Source of the DNA: Squalus acanthias
Taxonomy: Eukaryota
NCBI GenBank assembly: GCA_030390025.1
Contig: CM059426.1
Coordinates: 207,638,001 to 207,702,000, forward strand
Length of the DNA: 64,000 nucleotides
Reading direction: 5' to 3'
Shown here: positions 39,035-51,577 of the stretch, one piece after another
Numbering within the stretch: the stretch's first letter is position 1
Layout: every line of letters begins with the position of its first letter
Notes under the pieces: model-generated
The model's input: only the letters and a program-made list of their open reading frames with translations
What the model was told of the DNA's origin: nothing
The model's database searches: none
Made by a program: the position numbers and the translations under genes

Positions 39035-39701
39035 CGCAGCAAGTAATCAAAAAGGCAAATGGAATGTTGGCCTTTATTGCAAGGGGGTTGGAGTATAAAA
39101 GCAGGGAAGTCCTGCTACAACTGTACAGAGTATTGGTGAGACCACACCTTGAGTACTGCATACAGTTTTGGTCTCCTTATTTAAGGAAGGATATACTTGC
39201 ATTGGAGGCAGTTCAGAGACGATTCACATGGTTGATTCCTGAGATGAGGGGGTTGACTTATGAGGAAAGATTGAGCAGGTTGAGCCTATACTCATTGGAA
39301 TTTAGAAGAATGAGAGGTGATCTTATTGAAACATATGAGACACTGAGGGGGCCCGACAAGGTAGATACAGAGAGGATGTTTCCCCTCGTGGGGAAATCTA
39401 GAACTCGGGGGCACAGTCTCAGAATAAAGGGTAACACTTTTAGAACTGAGATGAGGAGGAATTTCTTCTCTCAGAGGGTCGTAAATCTGGGGAATTCTCT
39501 GCCCCAGAGAGGAGTGGAGGCTGGGTCATAAAATACATTTAAGGTGGAGATGGACAGATTTTTGCAAGATAAGGGAGTGAAGGGTTATGGGGAGCGGGCA
39601 GGGAAGTGGCTTTGAGCCCAAGATCAGCCATGATCTTATTGAATGGCGGAGCAGGCTCGAGGGGCCAAGTGGCCTATTCCTGCTCCTATTTCTTATGTTC
39701 C
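39035..39701 (+). mobile_element. CR1 LINE 3' fragment about 130 bp downstream of the exon
   Basis: ORF 38965-39531 KKANGMLAFIARG...LVRPHLEYC. Confidence 0.92.
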
Positions 39702-40199
39702 ATGCTGTAACCATTCTATGATTTATTTTGTGCAGGAACAAAAATCCAATTTTATAAAATGACAAGATATCACAATGGATTGAAATCAGTACATTATCGT
39801 CCCATTTATATTGTCAATCTCTATAGTCAACATCACCTAACTGAATGGGGAAGAGCGGATGGGGTAGATTTGACTTTGTGCATTAGTGTAACTATCAGCT
39901 GCTTTGCAGCATCGCACAAAGTCAACATTTCTCACTGTCATTAAAAGCTTGAAATGTTGGACCTTATAAAAAAGGATCATCAGACAATTGTTGGTCACTT
40001 ATTTTGAGGTAGCGCTGCAAATTTGTCATCGCAGACGAGAAGATTAAGCAGTTCCTTCCGCTTTTAAAGTCAAACGCGTTCTGAGCAAAGCAGCAGGAGA
40101 ACATTTCAGGAAGCAGCAGTTGCTGAAAGCTGGAAGTATAGAATCCATACAGATTGATGAGATCAGTCCCCCAGAGGTGGCAATGTCCAGTAAGATACT

Positions 40200-40735
40200 G
40201 GAGATAAAAAACAGAAAATGCTGGCAACGCTCAGCAGGTCAGGCAGTATCTGTGGAGAGAGAAACAGAGTTAACGTTTCAGGTCAATGATCTTTCGTCAG
40301 AACTGGAAAAGGTTGGAGAGGTAACAGATTTTAAGCAAGTGCAGGGGCAGGGAAAGGGGGGAGGGGAGGAGAGAACAAAAGGGAAGGTCTGTGATAGGAT
40401 GGAAGGCAGGAGAGATTAAATGACAACTGGTATGATAGTACAAAGCAAAAGGAGATGGTAATGGGACAAGTTAAGGAACAAAAGATGGGTCTAGAAGAGG
40501 TGTAAATGGGAATGGCAGAATCATCAACAGCTGCCATGTGAAAAAATAGGGGCAGAGGTTATAGTCTGAAATTGTTGAACTCGATGTTGAGTCCAGAAGG
40601 CTGTAAAGTGCCTAATCGAAAGATGAGGTGCTGTTCCTCGAGTTTACGTTGAGCTTCGTTGGAACAGTGTAAGAGGCCGAGGACAGAGGTCAGAGTGGGA
40701 GTGGAGCGGAGAATTAAAGTGACAGGCGACCGGAA
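40200..40735 (-). mobile_element. Penelope-like family B fragment with hammerhead motif (40268-40304)
   Basis: Minus strand carries the GIY-YIG C-terminus (homologous to 773-920) and AGUU-CUGACGA...GAAACGUU-AACU, with one mismatch in stem II. Confidence 0.78.
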
Positions 40736-40842
40736 AAGACTGCCAACAAAATGTTAAACTTCTTTACCCAGAGAGTGATGAGAATGTGAAACTTGCTACC
40801 TCATGGAGTGGTTGAGGTGAATAGTGTAGATACATTTGAGGG

Positions 40843-41302
40843 AAAAAAAGAAAGACTTGCATTTATATAGCGCTTTTCACAACCACCAGACGTCCCAAAG
40901 TGCTTTACAGCCAATGAAGTACTTTTTGAAGTGTAGTCACTGTTGTAATGTAGGAGACGCAGCAGCCAATTTGCGCACAGCAACATCCCACAAACAGCAA
41001 TGTGATAATGACCAGATAATCTGTTTTAGTGATGCTGATTGAGGGATAAATATTGGCCAGGACACCGGGGAGAACTCCCTTGCTCCTCGAAATAGTGCCA
41101 TGGGATCTTTTACATCCAGCTGAGAGAGCAGACTTGGTTTAACGTCTCATCCAAAAGATGGCACCTCCAACAGTACAGCCCTCCTTCAATACTGCACTGG
41201 ACTGTCAGGCTAGATTTTTGTGCTCAAGTGTCTGGAATGGGAGTTGAATCCATAACCTTCTGACTCGGAGGCAAAGGTGCTACCAACTGAGCCACGGCTG
41301 AC
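40843..41302 (-). mobile_element. Deu-domain SINE, full length, inserted in CR1
   Basis: Complete head-to-tail reverse copy between two halves of a plus-strand CR1. Confidence 0.86.
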
Positions 41303-41884
41303 CCAAGCTAGACAAAAACATGAGGGAGAAAGGAATAGAAGGTTATGCTGGTAGGGTTAGATGAAGTAAGATGGGAGGAGCCTCATGTGGAGCATAAACA
41401 CCGGCATAGACCAGTTGGGCCGAATGGCCTGTTTCTATGATTTAAAATTCTATGTAATTCTATATAATTATGGATTGGTCCCTGTGAGAATCTTTGATGT
41501 CTCAATTTGTACTGAGATTCCTACAGTTTGAATGTGCTCCTGATTCTATACTAGTCATTTATGCTCACTACACTCAGGTTCTTCTTGCATCCTTTCAATG
41601 TGCTTTGTTTAATGGAAGGATTCGTGCGTGTTACAAGATCACAAATTTACAAAATCGATTTCTATATAGAAGGCTGTTCATCCCATTCTCGCTCATAGAC
41701 CAGTTGGGCCGAATGGCCTGTTACTGTGCTGTAAATGCCACGTAATTCTATGTACTGTAAAATGGTGGCCCTTTGAAGAATCTAGAATGCCGAGCGAACT
41801 TTTAGACAAGACAGAGATGTGTATCAACCAACGTTCCCGCTCGTGGCCGCGCAGCAGTCTGGAGGTTCCGTGCAGGCAGCTCAC

Positions 41885-42590
41885 CAACAACAACAACTTG
41901 TATTTATATAGCGCCTTTAACGTAGTAAAACATCCCAAGGCGCTTCACAGGAGTATTTTAAGACAAAAGAATTTGACACCGAGCCACATAAGGATAAATT
42001 AGGGCAGATGACCAAAAGCTTGGTCAAAGAGGTAAGTTTTATGGAGCGTCTTAAAGGAGGAAAGAGAGGTAGAGAGGCGGAGAGGTTTAGGGAGGGAATC
42101 CCAGAGTTTAGGGCCTAGGCAACAGAAGGCACGGCCACCAAAGGTTGAGCGATTATAATCAGGGATGCTCAAGAGGGCAGAATTAGAGGAGCGCAGATAT
42201 CTCTGGGGGGTTTGTGGGGCTGAAGGAGATTACAGAGATAGGAAGGGACGAGGCCATGGAACGATTTGAAAACAAGGATGAGAATTTTGAAATCTAGGCG
42301 CTGCTTAACCGGGAGCCAATGTAGGTCAGCAAGCACAGGGGTGATGGGCAAACGGGACTTGGTGCGAGTTAGGACACGGGCAGCCGAGTTTTGGATGACC
42401 TCAAGTTTACGTAGGGTGGAATGTGGGAGGCCAGCCAGGAGTGCGTTGGAATAGTCAAGTCTAGAGGTAACAAAGGCATGGATGAGGGTTTCAGCAGCGG
42501 ATGAGCTGAGGCAAGGGCGGAGACGGGCGATGTTACGAAGGTGGAAGTCGGCGGTCTTAGTTATGCTGCGGAAGCTCATTTCAGGGTCAA
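41885..42590 (-). mobile_element. L2 LINE 3' fragment
   Basis: ORF 42169-42765(-) LIHAFVTSRLDYSNALLAGLP...IQNSAARVL...LADLHWLPV, the L2 ORF2 C-terminus; (TTG)n tail. Confidence 0.92.
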
Positions 42591-42793
42591 AGGGAAACAA
42601 GCTACACCTATTGCCATTGGAGCATGAGACTAGACCCACGTGAGTGTAAATGAATTCACGATGTAACCGTATGTGATACACAAGAACCTTATCAGAATTG
42701 GAGCCTCTCTGTGCATGTGGTGGGTACAGTAGGCTTGTGATGGGCTTCAAGACTGATCTATACACAGTACTGATGAATACATCAAAAGATTAT

Positions 42794-43490
42794 GGGATAA
42801 AAATTGGGTAGCGCCCCCTTTTTGTGCCCTGAAAAAGTTAGCACCCCCGCGACCGATTTTCCCAGGTAGCGCCCCAAGAGGGAGGAGGGGCGCTACTGGA
42901 AGTGCCCCGTGTCCCTCTTGGGACGCTGCGAGCCAATATCGCGGTGCTACGTGCCGCGGTACTGCAGGCCTTCCCCCCCTTATTAAAGGGGAGGGGCCTG
43001 GCGCAGTGTGTCCCGGCGCCCAGCTGGGCCACCAGGGATCGGGAGTGCCGACAAACGAGCCCAGCACTCAAGAAGTGCTGGGCTCATGGAGAGCAGTCGG
43101 CACCCCGCGGGGGGGTTTCATGGGGGCTGGGGACAGCAATGGGGGCAGGTGCTGGCAGGCGGCCAGCAACAAAAATGGCCGCCCGCCACCTCCCCTTTAA
43201 CTAGCTCCGCCTGGCCGCAGGTAGGCCCCCCTGACCCCGGCGGACATAGCGCCCAGTTGTAAGTTGGGGGGGGCGCCACCCAATATTACAGCCTGGGCGC
43301 GAGCGGGGCGCTGCGCACGGTGATGACATCATCGCCGGCGGCACAACGCCGCACGGCACTAACGGTTAGCGCCACCGCTAACCTCCCGCTGAATTTCGCG
43401 GGAGGCGTGAGCTGAGCCGCGCCCAGGCACTAGTTGATTTGCGCCCCGTTGGCGCTAATGGGAGGTGCAAATCAACCGAATTTAGCCCCC
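42794..43490. mobile_element. Harbinger-type MITE, 697 bp
   Basis: TSD TAT at 42791-42793 and 43491-43493, imperfect TIRs; right subterminal region is the reverse complement of the left end of 33902-34793. Confidence 0.75.
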
Positions 43491-43524
43491 TATTACTCTA
43501 CATTCCATTTCACCGAATGAAATC

Positions 43525-44060
43525 TTCATGCTTCATTGCATTCAGTTCTGGAAGGATATTTTAGCCTTTGAGGATGTACAGCGCAGATTTACCAATATGA
43601 TGCCGGGGTTTAAAGGGTTAAATTACAAGGACAGTTTGCATAAACTTGGCTTGTATTGCCTTGAGTTTAGAAAGTTATGGGGTGATCTAATCAAGGTGTT
43701 TAAAATGATAATCAGATTTGATAGTGTAGATACAGAGAAGCTTATTTCTTCTGGTAGAGAAATCCAGAACATGGGGGCACAATCTTAAAATTAGACCTGA
43801 GCCATTCAGGAGTGAAATCAGGAAGCACATTTTCACACAAAGTGTTGTGGAAATGGGGGACTTCTCTCCCCCAAAAAGCTGTCGATTCTGGGTCAACTGA
43901 AATTTTCAAGACTGAGATTGGCAGATTTTTATCAAGTAAGGGTATCAAGGGATATGGATCAAAGTCTGGTCAATGGAGTTTGACGCACAGATCAGCCATG
44001 ATTTAATTAAATAGTGGAACAGTCTCGTGGGCCTGAATGACATACTCCTCTTCCTATGCT
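43525..44060 (+). mobile_element. CR1 LINE fragment, diverged
   Basis: ORF 43528-43788 VQRRFTNMMPG. Confidence 0.85.
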
Positions 44061-44259
44061 GAGGCAATTATACGTAATTATGTACGTATAAATGAAAATG
44101 GAGCAAATTTTAAAATTTGGTCGACAAACATTCTATTGCTGCATTAATCTTTCGATCACAATTGTGAAGATATTTTCATATTTCATTAAAATAATCCTAC
44201 TTAGTTGTATTTACATAATTTTCATGTCTCTGCATTAACCATAATTTCAAAGAAACCAA

Positions 44260-45107
44260 GGGCTGAATTTTCCAAGCCCCGAGGAGGCGGGCATGGAGGC
44301 GGGACAGCCGGTAAATTCGGAGAAAGTGGGGGCGGGTGGCAAAGCCGCCCCCATCCCGCCTCTGTGCCCTTTTGCCAGGAGGCGGGAAGATGTGTTGCTT
44401 CGGGTCCCGTCTCCTGGAGGCGGGAAAGGCATTTAATCCTTTTAACTGCCTGTTAACAGGTAATTAGTTAACAGGCAGAAAAAAGGATTAGTGCCATTTT
44501 ACCTTCACAGGTGAAGGCTTCCCGACCTCGGAGAACCCCGTCGGGTTGGAGGAGACGTGAAGGAGGTCTGCGGCGGTCGGAGGCACCTGGAAGTAAGATG
44601 TAGAGGTGAGTGATAGGTGCAAGTGTGGAGTGGTAAGTATGCAAGGTGTGTGATAAGTTTTAAAAAGTGTTCACTTACCTTGTTTTCTGCCTACAGCCTT
44701 CAACCGCGGTGGATCGGGAGAGCTGACATCCTCCTTGTCAATTTCACAGACTGGCTGTTGGAACCTCCGAACCAACAGCCATGTGAAATTTACAAAGTAG
44801 AAAGGCTTGATGAGTCCTGAAAACAAAAACTCATCAAACTAAAGAGAATGTCAGTGTTTGACAGCTTCACAGAGCTGTCAAATGCTGACATTTCTTCTTT
44901 CAAGAAGTCTTGACAGATAGCACGTCTGACGTTGATGTGCTCTGTCAGTGACTTCCTCCCTAATTGGCCTGCTGAGCCCGCAGGGCGGGCTTAACAAGGT
45001 CAATCGGGAAAATCCCTCTAGTTGGTCAGGCGAGGATGGAGGCGGGACATTGACACGACAAGCAGCTGTCCCGCCTCCAACTCGTCTCCATTCACAAAAT
45101 CCAGCCC
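44260..45107. mobile_element. Harbinger-type MITE, 848 bp
   Basis: TIR GGGCTG(A/G)ATTTT, TSD CAA at 44257-44259 and 45108-45110; sister of 36732-37591. Confidence 0.82.
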
Positions 45108-46019
45108 CAAAAATCTGAGGACGATGCCTTTGAATACGTTACTAGTTCACATCCCTATCTTATTTCTTGCTTGCAAGTATGAAAATAGAAGACCGTAAAC
45201 AAGGTGTTTTGGTAATGCCATCACTGAACACCCTCACCCACTGAACACCCTCACCATTCCATCAGGTTCTGCACAACCTCAGTAGTTCTTGTTTAGCGCA
45301 TTGCAGATTTTAGCTCTGATTTCAAGCTCTAAAATAAAAAGCATCTATCAGTTGAACACTCCCCCCCTCAAGTGATGTTATTTCAGAACAACACTCCCCT
45401 CAGGAAATCGCTTCCGTGTTTCAAAATAATTGACAATTGAGTTTCTCTCCCTCCCCACTCCAACACCCACTTTAAGTGCATTCGTTTATTGGTCCCCTTT
45501 AAGTTAAATCGCACAGACACAGCAACGAGGAGCTTGCGCAGTCCTCACAGAATCCGCACCGAAGTGGAGGTTGTTGCCACAAATAAATGCACCTAGCGTT
45601 GACACCATTCATCGATTCCAGTTACCTTTCAGTATGATATTTTTATGGGGCGGTGGGGGTGGGGGGGAGGGGTGGGGGGGGGGGGCGGGGAAGCGTCCTT
45701 AAAAAAAAAATGGGCTTAAAATATCTGCCAACATTCTCAGTGTCCTGCAGTAGTTGATTTTCTCTGCGGACAACTTTGCTTCATTCGCAGTGATAAAAGA
45801 CACTCTACCCACCCTGCTGGACAGCCAGCAATTCCACAGGATTCCAGGTTATCTTGGCCGGCCATTTTTTTCCTAAGGTTTTCAACTCGCTGAAGGCAAA
45901 CACTAATTTTAGAGCTACTCAAATGTCAGAGTAGTCTTGCTACAGGAAAATTCAACGTGCACTATTAAATTAAACACTAAATTTCAGGGGGTCTTTGTAT
46001 TCTCAATTTATCGGAATAC

Positions 46020-46300
46020 GTGGGACCGAAGATTTTACATCCATTGGTCAGGAATACAGAACAAGGGGGGTACAATCTTAAAATTAGTGCGAGGCCATTC
46101 AGGAGTGAAGTTAGGAAGCATTTTTTTCCACACAAGTTGTAGTGGAAATCAGGAACTCTCTTCCCTAAAAAGGCCATGGATTCTGGGTCAATTGAAATTT
46201 TCAAGCCTGAGATTGATAGATTTTTATGATTTGCCTCAAGCATTCCATTGAATGGCGGAACGGGCTGGAGGGGCTGAATGGCCTACTCTTGTTCCTACGA
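46020..46300 (+). mobile_element. CR1 3' fragment, diverged
   Basis: Colinear with 43765-44060. Confidence 0.75.
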
Positions 46301-47437
46301 TCCGATGCTCGATTTTCCATCCATGAAGATTGCTGGGCAGTAAGTTGGGCGGGGCTGCATGACAAGTAAACAGTTCTCTGTCCCATGCACTGGGAGTGCA
46401 AAAAGCAGGAAAATCACACCTTAAAATTAAAGTGCCAAAGCAAACACTCTTAAATAAAACAGGAATCTAAATATTTTACTTTTGCTCATGTTGCTTTCCT
46501 TCCTCTTCACTGATTCTTCTGCAACCTTCTCTGTTCCACTTTTATTATTTTAACTTTGCTTTTATCTTCCCCATCCCATATACTCTATTATAATATTGTT
46601 GCTATGTTTTTCTCGGCTCCCGGGTCTCAGTTTCCATTTTGTCCTCTGATTGGCTGAAGATCAGTTTCCAAAGATTAGTGTTTCAACCAATCGAGGCCGA
46701 AAAATATGAAGACTTGATATCACCACATCGTAAATGTGGCTAGATTAATCTTTGATGAGGTTTCCCCCCCCCTATAAAGCACACATAAGAATGGTTATCT
46801 AATTCAGGGAGAGCATTTGGGTGGCAGATATTGGAACGTCTGCACTCCCACAGAGAGTTCCTAACCGAGGTTCATGCTAAAGCATAGTAATGTGAGGGAG
46901 CAAAGAGAGCTTTACTCTGCATCTTAACTGTGCTATACTCGAACTGCTAAGTGATCGACGCTGACTTTAATCTGTTCCTCACTCCGATGAACCCGAAATT
47001 GTTCACCTCCCTCATTGACAGCTGATCCGAAAAGGCAAAAAAATTGAGCGAGAATTTTACCGCTGCAGCCAATGCATCGCTAAGTTAATTCTAAGAGGGA
47101 AATCCAAACTTAGTTTTGCCTAATAAGTTCTACTATCTATTCAGGTATCGAACGAACAAAGTTGCATTTCTATAGCGCCTTTCACGACCTCAGGACGTCC
47201 CAAAGCGCTTTACAGCCAATGAAATACTTTTGAAGTGTCGTCACTGTTGTAATGTAGGAAACAGTGGGTGCACAGGTTTTTCATCATTTAAGTTATTACT
47301 TCATCTAATTCATGGCCTCTTGGACGCAGTTTTATCATCGTTTTCGTGCAGTTGCAAAATAGTTTCAGGTGCGCCAAGGTTAATTCCCTGTCTGAGTCCC
47401 AAGCCGACTGAAGACAAACAGAGCGGCATCAACCCCT

Positions 47438-48363
47438 TCAGTGTGAGAGAGTCAGCGAGATCAGTGTGAGAGAGTCAGCGAGATCAGTGTGAGAAAGTGT
47501 CAGGGAGATCAGTGTGAGAAAGTGTCAGGGGGGCGAGATCAGTGTGAGAAAGTGTCAGGGAGATCAGTGTGAGAAAGTGTCAGGGAGATCAGTGTGAGAA
47601 AGTGTCAGGGGGGCGAGATCAGTGTGAGAAAGTGTCAGGGGGGCGAGATCAGTGTGAGAAAGTGTCAGGGGGGTGAGATCAGTGAGAGAAAGTGTCAGGG
47701 AGATCAGTGTGAGAAAGTGTCAGGGGGGCGAGATCAGTGCGAGAAAGTGTCAGGGGGGCGAGATCAGTGTGAGAAAGTGTCAGGGGGGCGAGATCAGTGT
47801 GAGAAAGTGTCAGGGGGGCGAGATCAGTGTGAGAAAGTGTCAGGGGGGGCGAGATCAGTGTGAGAAAGTGTCAGGGAGATCAGTGTGAGAAAGTGTCAGG
47901 GGGGCGAGATCAGTGTGAGAAAGTGTCAGGGGGGCGAGATCAGTGTGAGAAAGTGTCAGGGAGCGAGATCAGTGTGAGAAAGTGTCAGGGGGGCGAGATC
48001 AGTGTGAGAAAGTGTCAGGGAGATCAGTGTGAGAAAGTGTCAGGGAGCGAGATCAGTGTGAGAAAGTGTCAGGGAGCGAGATCAGTGTGAGAAAGTGTCA
48101 GGGAGCGAGATCAGTGTGAGAAAGTGTCAGTGAGATCAGTGTGAGAAAGTGTCAGGGGGGCGAGATCAGTGTGAGAAAGTGTCAGGGGGGCGAGATCACT
48201 GTGAGAAAGTGTCAGGGAGATCAGTGTGAGAAAGTGTCAGGGAGCGAGATCAGTGTGAGAAAGTGTCAGGGAGATCAGTGTGAGAAAGTGTCAGCGAGAT
48301 CAGTGTGAGAAAGTGTCAGGGAGCGAGATCAGTGTGAGAAAGTGTCAGCGAGATCAGTGTGAG
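47438..48363 (+). repeat. Minisatellite, about 33 units of 23-31 bp
   Basis: Core GAGATCAGTGTGAGAAAGTGTCAG with variable linkers (G, GGGGGC, GGAGC, C). Confidence 0.96.
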
Positions 48364-48529
48364 CTGGCACGAACAAGATGGGCCGAATGGCCTCCTTCTA
48401 TGCTGTAAATTTCTATGATTCTATGATTCAGGAAGCCGAGTTTGAATTCTATAACTGCAGGCAATGCTGCATGTTAAAATTGTTCTGGCAGACTTCCTGA
48501 GAGAGTTGATGGAGCCTCAGTTTAATGTC

Positions 48530-48925
48530 AACAACAATTTCCATTTCTATAGCCCCTTTAACTTAGCAAAAGGTCCCAAGGCGCTTCACAGGAGCGTAAT
48601 CAAACAAAATTTGTCACTGAACCACATGAGATATTAGGACAGGTGACCAAAAGCTTGGTCAAAGAGCTAGGTTTTAAGGAGCGTCTTAAAGGAAGAGCGA
48701 GCATTAGAGAGGCAGAGAGGTTTCGGGAGGGAATTCCAGAGCTTCGGCAAATGAAGGCACGGCCGCCAATGGTGGAGCGATAAAAATTGGGGAGACCAGA
48801 ATTGGAGGTGCGCAGAGATCTCGGAGGGCTGTAGGGCTGGAGGAGGTTACAGAGAAAGGGAAGGATGAGGCCATGAAGGGCTTTGCAAACAAGGATGAGA
48901 ATTTTAATATTGAGGTGTTGACGAA
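48530..48925 (-). mobile_element. L2 LINE 3' fragment
   Basis: ORF 48600-48929(-) KILILVCKALHGL. Confidence 0.83.
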
Positions 48926-49276
48926 CCATGCAAATGATGGCACCTCCGATAGTTCCACATTCGCTCAGTACTCGACTGAAATGTCAGCAGAGCAAAGCCG
49001 GAACACTCAACTTTCTGACTCGGAGGCAAGAGTGCCATCGCAGTTACGAGTCAAAATGTAGCTTTCAGTGCTGGTTTATCTATGTACACCTGATTTTAGT
49101 TTTGAAATATCTTGTTCCTTTTCACACATCCAGCATTTTGCTCTACGTCAGCCCTGTTTCATCACATTGAGGAGCAAGACTTATTTCTTAAATGTTGCTT
49201 CTTCAACGGATATTACTTTTCATTTGGACAGGATACGATTCACTGCTGTTTTTATGATAATCTTCCTGTAATCGTC

Positions 49277-49388
49277 AATACAAAAGCAAAATACCGCGGA
49301 CGCTGGAAATCTGAAATAGAAACAGAAAATGCTGGAAATACTCGGCAGGCCTGCGGAGAGAGAAACAGAGTTAACGTTTCAGGTCGAT
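49277..49388 (-). mobile_element. Penelope-like family B 3' end including tail
   Basis: AATACAAAAGCAAAATAC...CTGGAAATCTGAAATA, as at 647-737. Confidence 0.7.
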
Positions 49389-50176
49389 GCGTGTCCTCTG
49401 ATCTTTGCTTCCAAATGTTCTCAATGTTTATTGAGGTTTCTGACCTGCAATTCTGCTGTTGCTGTCTTATTACTGAGTAATTTCCTTCAATGTTCTGTGT
49501 GATGTGTCATGCGCTCATTGGGAATGATTTAAAACATCACTTGGGAATGATATTTCCTGTAAAAGTGACTTAGTGAAGAACATTGGTAGTTCATGAACCT
49601 GGCGAGTCTCAGCCACTCAGTAGCGTTTCTGATGCTTAGTCTGTATTGATGTTATTTGTCTCTGCCGCTCTCTAGATGTTCTTGATGGCTAGTCCATAAT
49701 TCACTTGTAGGTAGATGGCATAAGGGAGTGCTGTTTGCCATGATTCCGTGATTGCCTTGCTGTTGAAATGTAATTTCATCAAGGCATTTCACACGGACGT
49801 TTTAGGCTGGGATCAATTGCAGCGACAGTTTCATTTCAGTTTTACCACAACTGTCGAATGCCTCGGATAATAAGCTCCTGCCCGTTGAACTTTTCAAAGT
49901 TTGGATTGGGATTCAGCTCCACTGCCCCTCCCTCCCTTCCAAGTTCCAATGGCTCAATCCATTTTGAAATCTGAGGAAGGGAAAATCATTGGCAAAACAT
50001 GAGAGGAAGATTTTTTTTTCAATGGCCTCCTTAAATAAACTAAAGGGTACAATCCTAAAGGGGGTGCATGAACAGAGAGACCTGGGGGTAAATGTGCACA
50101 AATTGTTGAAGGTGGCAGGGCAGGTTGAGAAAGCGGCTAAAAAAGCATACGGGATCCTGGGCTTCATAAATAGAGG

Positions 50177-51577
50177 TCATGATGCGGAGATGCCGGTGTT
50201 GGACTGGGGTGGACAAAATTGAGAGGTCGCACAACACCAGGTTATAGTCCAACAGTTTTATTTGAAATCACAAGCTTTCGGAGCTATCGATTGCCCCTTC
50301 CTCAGGTGAAGTAAATAGATACAGAATCGCCAAAGCATATATAGATAGAGAACAAAGCATGTGTACCTTACAATTGCAGACCACTAAATTAAATCATCCT
50401 GACTATCTGCCGAGGTGTGATAAAGTTAATCAGGTCAGCCAGGAAGGTACCACATCAAAGACATAGCAAGATACAACTGAGACAATGAGGTGTAGTCGCA
50501 GGGGTTCTAACGTGTCAAAAGCTGCCGTCTGTATGTAAAACGAAAAGCTTTAAAATTTTTACTTTTTTACTGGGAAAATTTTTACTTTTTTACTGGGAAT
50601 CACATCTGTGAACAAGCCAACGACGACTCGAGTCCGGATCACGTCATGTATCGTGACATAAACCCAAGATCCCAGTTGAGACCGTCTTCATGAGTGCGGA
50701 ACTTGGCTATCAGTTTCTGCTCGATGATTTTGCGTTGTCGTGTGTTTCTAAGGTTGCCTTGGAGAACGCTTACCCGCAGATCCGAGGCTGAATGTCCTTG
50801 ACTGCTGAAGTGTTCCCCGACTGGGAGGTAACAATCCTGCCTGGCGATTGTTGCACGGTGCTCGTTCATACGTTGTCTCAGTGGCATGGTACATCGGCGA
50901 GACCATGCAGACACTGAGACAACGTATGAACGAGCACCACGCAACAATCGGCAGGCAGGATTGTTACCTCCCAGTCGGGGAACACTTCAGCAGTCAAGGA
51001 CATTCAGCCTCGGATCTGCGGGTAAGCGTTCTCCAAGGCAACCTTAGAAACACACGACAACGCAAAATCATCGAGCAGAAACTGATAGCCAAGTTCCGCA
51101 CTCATGAAGACGGTCTCAACCGGGATCTTGGGTTTATGTCATGATACATGACGTGATCCGGACTTGAGTCGTCGTTGGCTTGTTCACAGATGTGATTCCC
51201 AGTAAAAAAGTAAAAATTTTCCCAGTAAAAAAGTAAAAATTTTAAAGCTTTTCGTTTTACATACAGACAGCAGCTTTTGACACGTTAGAACCCCTGCGAC
51301 TACACCTCATTGTCTCAGTTGTATCTTGCTATGTCTTTGATGTGGTACCTTCCTGGCTGACCTGATTAACTTTATCACACCTCGGCAGATAGTCAGGATG
51401 ATTTAATTTAGTGGTCTGCAATTGTAAGGTACACATGCTTTGTTCTCTATCTATATATGCTTTGGCGATTCTGTATCTATTTACTTCACCTGAGGAAGGG
51501 GCAATCGATAGCTCCGAAAGCTTGTGATTTCAAATAAAACTGTTGGACTATAACCTGGTGTTGTGCGACCTCTCAAT
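50177..51577. mobile_element. Penelope-like family A fold-back insertion with GIY-YIG endonuclease C-terminal half in both arms
   Basis: Arms 50218-50883 and 50912-51577 (666 bp, about 7 mismatches), tail 50177-50217, 14-bp TSD TTCATAAATAGAGG at 50163-50176 and 51578-51591; protein WYIGETMQTLRQRMNEH...PVGEHF...EQKLI...DGLNRD. Confidence 0.92.
51486..51527 (+). ncRNA. Minimal hammerhead ribozyme motif (mirror copy on minus strand 50268-50309)
   Basis: UCAC-CUGAGGA-A-GGGGC(AAUCGAUA)GCUCC-GAAAGCUU-GUGA. Stem II differs in sequence from 7969-8006 but still pairs. Confidence 0.75.

Noticed and set aside
47594-48090. Repetitive ORFs (EISVRKCQGG)n and CRISPR-like appearance of the array
   Set aside because: Translation of a minisatellite; linkers are 1-7 nt and recurrent, not unique spacers; eukaryotic context with no cas genes.
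50177-51577. Palindrome as a DNA transposon with long TIRs or a sequencing fold-back artefact
   Set aside because: One-sided tail, GIY-YIG coding, hammerhead motif, 14-bp TSD and arm-specific mutations favour a real Penelope retroinsertion.
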